Shown: in pieces, positions 40,470-51,329 of the stretch
Layout: every line of letters begins with the position of its first letter
How positions within the stretch are numbered: position 1 is the first letter of the stretch
Assembly: GCF_001194135.2 (NCBI RefSeq)
Contig: NC_069004.1
Location: 13,587,653-13,651,652 of the forward strand
Source: Octopus bimaculoides
Lineage: Eukaryota
Length of the DNA: 64,000 nucleotides
Reading direction: 5' to 3'
Position numbers and translations under genes: made by a program
Notes under the pieces: model-generated
Databases searched by the model: none
What the model was told of the DNA's origin: nothing
The model's input: the letters and a program-made list of their open reading frames with translations, nothing else

Positions 40470-41448
40470 GTTGAATTTACAGGAAGCTGCCATGTCTTTT
40501 TAAGAAGATACAGTAGTAAAACTGGGACATGAGGAGCATGTACGGAGAATACGCGAGTGTATGTGTGTGCAAGAGAAAGAGAGAGAGTGTATGCGTGTGT
40601 AACTTAATTATTTGTAAATAACTGTANNNNNNNNNNNNNNNNNNNNNNNNNNNNNNNNNNNNNNNNNNNNNNNNNNNNNNNNNNNNNNNNNNNNNNNNNN
40701 NNNNNNNNNNNNNNNNNNNNNNNNNNNNNNNNNNNNNNNNNNNNNNNNNNNNNNNNNNNNNNNNNNNNNNNNNNNNNNNNNNNNNNNNNNNNNNNNNNNN
40801 NNNNNNNNNNNNNNNNNNNNNNNNNNNNNNNNNNNNNNNNNNNNNNNNNNNNNNNNNNNNNNNNNNNNNNNNNNNNNNNNNNNNNNNNNNNNNNNNNNNN
40901 NNNNNNNNNNNNNNNNNNNNNNNNNNNNNNNNNNNNNNNNNNNNNNNNNNNNNNNNNNNNNNNNNNNNNNNNNNNNNNNNNNNNNNNNNNNNNNNNNNNN
41001 NNNNNNNNNNNNNNNNNNNNNNNNNNNNNNNNNNNNNNNNNNNNNNNNNNNNNNNNNNNNNNNNNNNNNNNNNNNNNNNNNNNNNNNNNNNNNNNNNNNN
41101 NNNNNNNNNNNNNNNNNNNNNNNNNNNNNNNNNNNNNNNNNNNNNNNNNNNNNNNNNNNNNNNNNNNNNNNNNNNNNNNNNNNNNNNNNNNNNNNNNNNN
41201 NNNNNNNNNNNNNNNNNNNNNNNNNNNNNNNNNNNNNNNNNNNNNNNNNNNNNNNNNNNNNNNNNNNNNNNNNNNNNNNNNNNNNNNNNNNNNNNNNNNN
41301 NNNNNNNNNNNNNNNNNNNNNNNNNNNNNNNNNNNNNNNNNNNNNNNNNNNNNNNNNNNNNNNNNNNNNNNNNNNNNNNNNNNNNNNNNNNNNNNNNNNN
41401 NNNNNNNNNNNNNNNNNNNNNNNNNNNNNNNNNNNNNNNNNNNNNNNN

Positions 41449-41522
<74 letters not shown>

Positions 41523-43081
41523 ACATGCATGTGAACAAGAGAAGTGGGAAAAGTCATGTAGCTATGAATTCCCTGATACAGACGGTCACTACTGACAAGC
41601 CACATCACAAAACACCAGAATGCCAACTCAGATAAGAGCGGAGCATGCATGTGCAGACATACAGGCACACACACACACAACACAATAAACTGTACATATG
41701 GACATGGATATACAAGTGCATAGAAGATTGGGTAGATTCACAGAAGAATGGATAGATTTACACCATGACCAGACAGGTTAGGTTAGAGAAAAACACACAC
41801 ACACACACAAACGCATGCAAATACGCAAATGCGGAGGCTTGATTCTAACTATCAAAAGAAAAATGCACTGAATACATAGTGTAAAAGTATGATTATTCAG
41901 CTCATGCCATTTGCCTTCAATTTACCTATTTGCATGCCTATGGGTAGCATAGTGTATGTGTGTGTGTGTTTATACACCTGTGTCGATGCGTGTATGTTTA
42001 TATGTATGTATGTGAGGTGTATGGCCTAGTGATTAGGGTATTGCACTCATGATCACAAGACCGTGGTTTCAATTCCCGGACAGGTGGTGTGTTGTGTTCT
42101 TGAGCAAAACACTTCATTTCATGTTGCCGCAGTCCACTCAGCTGTAAATAGATAACCCTGCAATGGGTTGATGCTCTATTGTGGTGGGGAGTGTTGGCCA
42201 GCCTGCTTAGTCAGTAGAGTGGCATCATTCAAAAGCTACAACAATGCAAGTAAATGCACTGTGACTGGTGGTGCATAACAACATCTGATAGTCTGGACAA
42301 TACAGTGATGTGTGTTGGTGTGTGTGTGAGTTCAGATATACCTGAACCTCTGCAGGCATTTCTTAATTTACCTGATTAATGCATTTATTCATGGAGAATG
42401 CTCCACAACAAATTTAAAAAATGAGTAGAGGCAATGAGAAATGTAGTACCTTGGGCAAGTGTCTTCAACTATAGCCCCAAAGCCTTGAGTGAATTTGGCA
42501 GACAGAAACTGAAAGAAGCCTGTCAAGTTTGTATATTCCTTTAGCATTTAATCAGGCTGTATCTGGCCCAAATACTCTACCTGTTTTATGTTAAAACTGA
42601 CCAGATCCAAACTCTCACACCTACCCTACAATATCATTCTAGAAACATGCAAACACACCATTAAAACCTTGAAGCTAAAAAACAAATGCATGAGTAATTG
42701 AAAACATTGTGAATAAATAAGCATTACATTTGACAGGGAAATCTGAAAGCTGAAGGGATATACATCATCATCATCATCATCGCTTAAAGTCCGCTTTCCA
42801 TGCTGGCATGGGTTGGATGATTTGACTGAGGACTGGCAAACCAGATGGCTGCACCACACACATATATGTGCAAAAAGATACATATATAAATGTGTGTGTG
42901 TGTATCTATATGTGTGTGTGTTTGGCCCCTACAACCACCTGACAACCAGTACTTATTTGTTTACATCCCCATAATTTAGTAGTCTCGCTTCAGAAATCGA
43001 AAGAATAAGTGCCAAACTTAAAATGTAAGTACATGGCTGCAGTCCAATGACTGAAACAAGTAAAAGATAAATGATATAGAC

Positions 43082-43921
43082 CAGTGGCCCTCAACCATTT
43101 TTTGCCTGTGGACCCCTTTGATTTCTATTTTACACTACTGGACCCCTATAGTCGTTCGATGTTTTAAAAACATCCTATTGTATTTTTGTAATAAAATATT
43201 ATCAGGAATTGTATGAAAAAAAATGTTTAAATATTTTGAGTATTGTAGAAGCATAACCAATTCATTGGACAAATTTTAACAACAAAATTTTATATAGACC
43301 CCTGTTAACCCTTTAGCATTTAAATTAGCTATATCTGGCCCAAAATGTTCTACCTGTTTTATATTTAAACGGGCCAGATCTGGCCTCTTACAACTTGTCT
43401 GACAATGCCATTCAAATCATAAGCAATCACATCATCAAAATCTCAAAGCTATGAGATACTACTCTTTTCTTTTACTCTTTTACTTGTTTCAGTCTTTTGA
43501 CTGTGGCCATGCTGGAGCACCGCCTTTAGTCGAGCAAATCGACCCCAGGACTTATTCTTTGGAAGCCTAGTACTTATTCTATCGGTCTCTTTTGCCGAAC
43601 CGCTAAGTTACGGGGACATAAACACACCAGCATTGGTTGTCAAGCGATGTTGGGGGGACAAACACAGACATACAAACACATACACACATACATATATACA
43701 TACATATATACGACAGGCTTCTTTCAGTTTCCGTCTACCAAATCCACTCACAAGGCTTTGGTCAGCCCGAGGCTATAGTAGAAGACACTTGCCCAAGATG
43801 CCACGCAGTGGGACTGAACCCGGGACCATGTGGTTGGTAAGCAAGCTACTTACCATACAGCCACTCAATAAGTATTACATTTGACTGAGTAACCTGAACA
43901 CTAAAGGGTTAAGAATCACTG
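43082..43921. mobile_element. Three-layer nest: hAT MITE > piggyBac-like MITE (43305-43912) > family A SINE (about 43461-43864, minus)
   Basis: Outer ends cagtggccctcaacc and gaatcactg. TTAA is present at 43305-43308 and 43909-43912. Confidence 0.85.
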
Positions 43922-44351
43922 GTTGTAGACGCAGACAGATGGGGGTCGAATAACCAGGTGATTTGATTGTGAATGCAACAGGGAATGTTAGGTAGGAGAA
44001 TGGAGAACGTGGTGGGAAAAAACAGGTGATGGAAAAAAGTTGATAAAAGATAGTAATGTAATGTATGATACAGGTATCTCCTAGTGTATTACTGTTATTT
44101 TAACAAATGTTAGGTGATACAACAAAGGGGAGTGGAAACACCCCAAAATAGAAGGCCCTGACAAAAATATCTGCTCCAACTGTACTATTTATTATATGGT
44201 GTGGACATGTTGTTCATGTTTTATGTAAGATATTGATGAAGTGAAGCAAGTCCATCCAGGAGCAGAAACCATGTTAAATATTCTGAGAGGGGAAACCAAT
44301 TGGAACAAACTTACCTATCACCAGATTTCTGTGTTGATATGTGCATGTACA

Positions 44352-44738
44352 CAAGGTCTGATCAATAAGTATCCGGACCGTTGCTATGGTAATGAAGCTA
44401 AAGCATGCAGAGTAAAGCCACTTGACACAGATTGACCTCCAACTCTGCTGTGCATGTGCACTAAGTTTTAACATTATAGCTCACTTCTGTTGTTTACAGC
44501 AGTGCTTGGAAGGAACGTGTGTAGTGTGTGATCATCGTATTTACCATAACAATACCTGCTCAGAGGCCTACACAAAGTTGCAGAAAGTGTATGGAGAGGA
44601 GTGTATGAGCCGTGCTCAAGTGTATGACTGGTTCAGACGTTTCTAAGATGGCTGCAAAATGTCGATATTAACGAACGTTCTGAGAGACCCACAACCAGTA
44701 GAACTGAGAAAAACATTACAGATGTGCATGCAGCTGTG
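44352..44738 (+). mobile_element. Mariner (Mos1-like) 5' fragment: terminal repeat plus helix-turn-helix region
   Basis: Terminus caaggtctgatcaataagtatccggac. Encodes TCSEAYTKLQKVYGEECMSRAQVYDWFRRF*...ERPTTSRTEKNITDV. Ends where a minus-strand SINE piece begins. Confidence 0.85.
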
Positions 44739-45499
44739 AGGGGAAATCCACTCACAGTGCTTTGGTTGACCCAAGGCCATAATAGAAGACACTAGCCCAA
44801 AGTGCAATGCAGTGGGACTGAACCCAGAACCATGTGGTTGGGGAGCAAACTTCTTATCACACAGCCATGCCTGTTCCTAAATAATTAAAAAAATATTACT
44901 CATTGCACTAATGTCTTTTCCAAATCACATTATTATTTCTTCTAATTAGATATTTGATACTCACTCATTATATACATAATTACTAAACTTCACTAATACT
45001 TAAGACAAAAGAGCATGATTTAAGGGAGATTTTGGTTGCTATTTCTAGTAATTCAAGCAACCACTCAGAAATTATTTTGTTGGCTCAACCACTAGTTCAG
45101 TTTGCAGCTGTAGCTGAACCATCTTAAAATGGTCTGTAACTGTGGCTAAACCATCATACTATCAGTCACAAATATATTAATATTACAGGATAGTGGTCTT
45201 CCCAATCACATATACCATATTCTCCACCAAGCTGGTGTGCAAACCTTGGTCAGCCATCTTCTATGTCTGTCTGCAGGATGGTATGCAAGGTAGAGAACTA
45301 TTGTTATTCTGCTACAACAGCCAATGAAGCAGGAGAGGAAGCAGGAGGAAGACACACAGACACAAACACAGTGCCAACCATTGAACCATCAGTCGCAGAC
45401 ATACACTGTTGCACAATATTTGCATTCACTGAAGAACACAACGTAGAATCAATATTGCTTCAGTCTAATATCAACACGAAGGGGAAGCTGAAATTACAC

Positions 45500-45641
45500 A
45501 TTATTCAAACACACATATATATATATATATATATATATGCACATATGTATGCATATATGCACATAAACGTGTGTGTATATATGTGTGTGTGTGTGTATGC
45601 ACATAAACATGTGTGTGTATATGTGTGTGTGTGTGTGTATG

Positions 45642-45675
<34 letters not shown>

Positions 45676-45799
45676 TATATATACACATTATATATACACA
45701 TATCTATATATGTATATACACACATACATATGTATATATATACACATACATATATATATATATATATATACATATGCATACATATATACATACACATGC

Positions 45800-45877
<78 letters not shown>

Positions 45878-45980
45878 GCCTGGTGTTGCCATCCGGTTTC
45901 ACCAGTCCTCAGTCAAATCGTCCAACCCATGGTAGCATGGAAAGCGGATGTTAAACGATGATGATGATATATATATATGC

Positions 45981-46015
<35 letters not shown>

Positions 46016-46035
46016 TGCACATACATACTCATATA
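45500..46035. repeat. Compound TA/TG/CA microsatellite field
   Basis: Seen directly. It is the source of the IYIY/HTHT/CVCV ORFs. Confidence 0.95.
45874..45967 (+). mobile_element. Short (GAT)n-tailed retroelement 3' end (RTE-type tail); other copies about 7417-7530 -, 17645-17900 -, 34845-34913 +, 42768-42860 -
   Basis: ccagtcctcagtcaaatcgtccaacccatg.tagcatggaaagcgga.gttaaacgatgatgat recurs in both orientations. Confidence 0.7.
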
Positions 46036-48104
46036 TGCACCACAAGTGACTCCTAGTACTTAGGCCACATCATGCAAATTTAAAAATCAAAGCCATTCAA
46101 CTGAAGTGGGAGTATGTGCAGCATGCATGAAACCTCTTTCCCAGCTGTCGCTTGTAAAAATGAAAGATATTAAAACCCATTTACATTTATTTCTACATTT
46201 TATACAAGCACTGCACGCCTTACATTCACGCAAGAAATGCAACTTGTGTGCCTATGTATGTATGTGCATATGTGTGTGTACATATGTATGTATATGAAGT
46301 CTCTAAGCATGACTACTGTAAGTGTGCACTGAACTGCATTAACTTTGCAAATAAAACAGCACTCATCTTGACGGCTAAGAATTGGTTAGAACAATGAGAA
46401 GCTGGACAAACATCAAGTTTGACATCAAAATCTTCTCAAAGACATATGTTATGACAAGAACTAGAAACCCATTATTCCCTAAATGGTCTTATAGCATACC
46501 TGTTCACCACCTTGAGTATTTCTCAAACCCGTGTGCATGATTTCACAACAGTCACTGACCCTATATCAGGAGAGTTCATCTGTTCTTTTGATAGGTGCTG
46601 TTTTTGTCCTGCCTGGTTCCTAGCAACCCACCTCATCCTTCATGGTCCGATCCTTTTATACTTTGCTGGATGTTTAACATTTGTATGTATAAGTAATCAA
46701 CTGAGAGGTAGAAATCAACTGAGAGGAAGGTTGGATATAATACAATAACAACCAAATGAATAGTCATGGGGAAAATCTGAATAACCATCATCATCAATTA
46801 GCAAACATTCTATGCTTGCATGGATTAGATGGTTTGACAGAAGCTGACAGCTCCAATGTCTGTTTTGTTATGGTTTTTACAGCTGGGAGCCCTTCCTAAA
46901 GTCTTTACTGCAATTCTTGGGTGCATTTTCATGTCATCAACACTAATGAGGTCACCAAGTAACTCACAAGACACCAGCCCTTGATTGAGGAGTGTGTAAT
47001 ACTGAGGGAAATGGTTTCTGCCAGGTGTTGAGAGACAAAAAGCATGAGAAAGGGACAGGGACAGGAACAGGTGTCTTGCTGTAGAGGAGATACATAGCTA
47101 CCCCAGCTGGAGGAGAGAAGAAGATGATAAGTGTTGGGGGTAGGGGATATACGCTGAAGGTGCAAGAGAGTAAATGGGACAGGAAGAACAGATGAAAAGA
47201 TAGGGAGAGAAAATCAGCTAAGGTTCACAAGAGCATGAACTTAGTTCACAGATAGTTAGAGGTAGAGAATATAGGGATATAGGCGATGCTGTGAATGATA
47301 AATAGGAGAGGAGGTACAGTCAATGGACGGTAAAGAAAAGAGGTGTGGGTCAGGGAGGAGTGGGTCAGGGAGGAGCAGGTGATAAATAGCAGAACAAAAA
47401 ACAAAACACACAGTTGAAAATGAAGAATGCATTTTATAATAAAAATATGCAAGATTATCTGAGAACAGTTTATAAAAGTACAGTCACTAATGCCCCTTTG
47501 CTTCCAAAACAACAGCAAAGGTGTCACGTATTTTTTGATGAAATTTTAGCATTTGCTCAGGATTATTTTGTGTCTAAACCTGCAGCATTTTCTTTTATAA
47601 ATCCAAAGTCGATGAAGCATTATAAGCTGCAATATTCTTTTCAATATGATCCTAATTTTCATGCATTTTCCGTAAGGTTCCAGTCAGATGATACTGGCCA
47701 GTAGAGTAATAACATTGTTAGCTTTAAGCCAGACTCTCATGCATTCTGCAGAATAGCAGAAAGCATGAAAACCTGACACCACCATGCTGGAGAACATCCA
47801 GGTAAATCTTAAGAGTTCTGTTCACGCTTATATCTTGAGGAATTACCTAAACTTCAGCTCTTCCCTATCCAAAAACGACCTTATATCATAATGGATGGAT
47901 GTTGCAAGTATACGTCTTAGGATTCTGTTTTGAATTTGAAGGAAGACATATAAAAGAAGCATTACACACAAATGGTTTAATGAATATTTTGTCATTAAAC
48001 AGGACTTTAAGTCAGTCCTCCACAATCCAGTAACCAAACTTTCAGGATCACTGCAAAACTGCAGATGGTCAGGATGTTTTCCTTTTGGCATATATTAAAG
48101 GTGC

Positions 48105-48830
48105 AAGCATGGCAGTGTGATAAGAAGTTTACTTCCCAACCGCATAGTTCAGGGTTCAGACTCACTGTATGGCACCTCGGACAAGTGTCTTCTACTTTTG
48201 CCTTGGGCTGACCAAAGCCTTGTGAGTGGATTTGGCAGACAGAGGCTGAAAGAAGCCTGTCATGTGTGTGTGTGTGTGTCTGCATTTGTCCCCCACCACC
48301 ACTTAACAACCAGTGTTGGTTTGTTTATGCCCCTGTCACTTGGTGACAGACAAACAGGTAAACAGATATCAAATCCACTCACAAGGCTTTGTCCAGCCTT
48401 GAGCTATATAAGATATTTGCTCAAGGTGCCGCGCAGTGGGACTGAACCTGAAACCATGTGGGTGGGAAGCAAACTTCTTACTACGTGGATATGGTAAGAA
48501 GCTTGCTTCTCAACCACATAATTCCGGGTTCTGTCCCAATAAGTGGCACCTTGGGCAAGTGTCTTCCACTATAGTCTTAGGCTGACCAAGAACCAGGAAG
48601 AAGTCCGTCGTGTGTGTGTGTTTCTGTTTGCCTTTGTCCCCTACCACTAATTGACAGTCCGTGTTGGTTTATTTACATACACCGTAACCTAGCGGTTCGG
48701 CATAAGATACTAATAGAATAAGTACTGGGCTTTAAAAAACAAATAAGCGCTAGGGGTTGATTCGTTCGACTAAAACCCTTCAAATAGGTGCCTCGGCAGA
48801 GCCATAGTGCAACGACTGAGACAAGTAAAA
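48105..48830. mobile_element. Cluster of three family A SINE copies in +/-/+ arrangement
   Basis: Plus copy 48105-48340, minus head/core 48365-48490, plus copy 48487-48830. Confidence 0.85.
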
Positions 48831-49462
48831 AGCGAAATATATAATTTGTATTTATTTACACCTCAAAAATTGCAATCCCATTTCCTGTTAATAATTTGTC
48901 CCAAATTACCTCAAAAATATTAAATCAATTCAAAAATCCTTGTAATAATTTTTTTCATTTCCGTGCAGAAAAATACATTTCTAAAGATAGTCAGTCTTAA
49001 GAAATTTGTTTCTCGACCACGATATGTCTAGTTACGTCCCTTTATGCAAAATGGGTAATAAAAATAAATATACCTATATTGAAAGTAGGTCATCTCCCAC
49101 TAGCACCACCAAAGGAAAAAAAAAAAGAAAAAATAGGAAAAAAAATTCCCCCTCTAACCAAAACAGGCTGACAACATTAAAAACAATCCTCAGTGTCTCT
49201 AAACAAATTAGCAGCATATAGAACTACATAAACACACACACAAAACCAACTATATAACTCCACAGAATTACAAAGCTACATACACATAATTATAGAAAAC
49301 ACGCACTCACACAGCTAACTACAAAACTTCACACACATGGCGAGATGAAATAACAATGAAGCATCTATGCAGTCGCACCACCTGCAAGAAATAGCAGCCG
49401 AATCCTATCTGAAATTACATCCCACCATAAAAAATAAATGAAACAACACACAAAAAGACTGA

Positions 49463-49845
49463 TTATTACCTCCGCCTTAGCGAAGGCGGGGGTATTGTTT
49501 TCAGTTGTGTTTGTTTGTTGGTCCGTGGACAAGATATCTCAAGAACCGCTGGATGGATTCGGATGAAACTTTCTGAGATGTTTGGCCTTGTGACTGGCAT
49601 GAACTGGTTAGATTTTGGGATCGATCCGGTACAGGACAAGGATTCTGGATTATTTTTCTGTTTTGTTTTTGTTCTTTTTTTTACTTAATTTTTGAGAGCG
49701 GTCAGGTTCATTTTTAGTATTCTCATTTGTGAGAGCAGTCGAGTTTTCAGCTATTCTCATTTTAAAAATCAACTCTGGCTAATCGTTGAGAGGACTCTGG
49801 TGCTGCCTTGGCGGAAGATTGCGCTCTCAGAGTGGTCTTCTTGTT
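49463..49845 (+). mobile_element. Helentron-associated non-autonomous element (HINE/DINE-1-like)
   Basis: 5' subterminal repeat cctccgcc followed by a short inverted partner (aaggcggggg), a gtttgtttgt tract, 3' subterminal ttggcggaag, a short terminal palindrome (gcgctctcagagtg) and T-rich flanks. Confidence 0.7.
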
Positions 49846-50708
49846 ATTGTTACTTAGTCCGAGTCAGCCTTTATAAAACAAACCCATAAGCAATGACGTT
49901 CACTCACGACCACCCACTCTTATTTAATCATAGTATATCTAAGACTACATTATTTTTATGTGCTTCCGTGTTCACGAAGATATCAAGGGAATTGAGAGAG
50001 CTTCTGCATAGTTTTTTTCAGCCTGCTGAATATAGCAACCAAATTCCCCCGAAATATACATCCTACCACCTCAAAAGAATGCTTGCTAGAAAACGCAGTC
50101 AAGATACAGAGAAAAAGTGAGTCACAGCTTGCATGCTATTGATCCTAATTCTATACAAGTAGTTCTCAACCGAGGTCCGTATAACCTTTAGGGGTCTATA
50201 TATATCACATGATTTTCTTGTTAAAATCTATGTGCAACGAACTTCTGCAATACATAAAACATTTTGACAATTTTGTTTTATGCAATTCCTAATAATATTT
50301 AATCATAAAAATATCTTTCATCTTGAAGAATTTTTAATCGAATGAATTAACCCCAGGACTTTTGTATTTTAAACTTGGTACTTATTATATCGTCTATTTT
50401 GCCGAACCACTAAGTTACAGAGACGTAAACACACTAACATCGGCTGTTGAGCGGTGGAGTGGGGACAAACACTAACACACAGGTTTCTTTCACTTTCCAT
50501 CTACCAAATCCACTGACAAGGCTTTGGTCGGCCCGAGGATATAGTAGAAAACACTTGCCCAAGGTGCCATGCAGTGGGACTGAACCCAGAACCATGTGGT
50601 TAGGAAGCAAGCTACTTATCACACAGTCACACCTGCACCTGTGTAGAATTTGTATCTACATTCATTCTTCTTTCATCATGGTGTAACGTTTAAAAGCTTA
50701 CAACCATC

Positions 50709-51329
50709 TTGACTCTTGTGCTACCATATTTCTGCTGAAATACACTTTCTTTGTTTTTGTATCGGATTTGCAAGATCCTTGATGTGAATTTGTGTGTTGA
50801 AACAAATTTTGTTGAGTCTGAGAGTTATTACACCATTGACTAACAATAAAGAAATGGGACTGAACCTGTGTGTATGTTATTATTGGCATAATGATTCTCC
50901 CAAGACACAACAGAATATGCTGTCTTTGTTTCAAGTAATTTAGAAAATAATGAAGGATTTAATTTTAAAAAACTGTCATTATTAAGCCGGTGCTTGAAAT
51001 ACAAATTAACCCTTTAGCATCTAATCCAACCATATCCAGCCCAAATATTCTACCTGTTTTGTGTTAAAGCTGACCAGATCCAACCTCTCACACCTCCCTC
51101 ACAATGTCATCCTAAAAATATACGAACACACCATTGAAATCTGGAAACTACAAGATGTGTAATTAATTCAAAACAATGTGAATACATAAGCAAATATTTG
51201 ACAAAGAAATCTGAATGCTAAAGGGTTAACATGAAATTTTGAGGTGAGCGTATAATTTAGATCACTTCAAAAGAGAAAGTGTATATCATAGAACCAGGTG
51301 TTCTCAGGTGAGTTGATATCAAGAGTTAA
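50709..51329. mobile_element. piggyBac-like MITE family 2 carrying a nested family 1 MITE (51006-51229)
   Basis: TTAA at 51006-51009 and 51226-51229. The flanks rejoin as acaaaTTAAcatgaaatttt, matching the reverse complement of the uninterrupted copy at about 5300-5470. Confidence 0.75.

Noticed and set aside
45263-45500. Start of a 232-aa plus-strand ORF with plausible-looking residues
   Set aside because: No recognisable motif, and most of its length comes from read-through into a microsatellite field.
50705-50737. 33-nt minus-strand exon candidate (QKYGSTRVKMV or RNMVAQESRWL) that seemed to chain with 52531-52570 and 47847-47924
   Set aside because: The sequence (ctaccatatttctgctgaaatacact) corresponds to the end of piggyBac-like MITE family 2, so the splice signals are repeat-derived and the proposed second gene loses its support.
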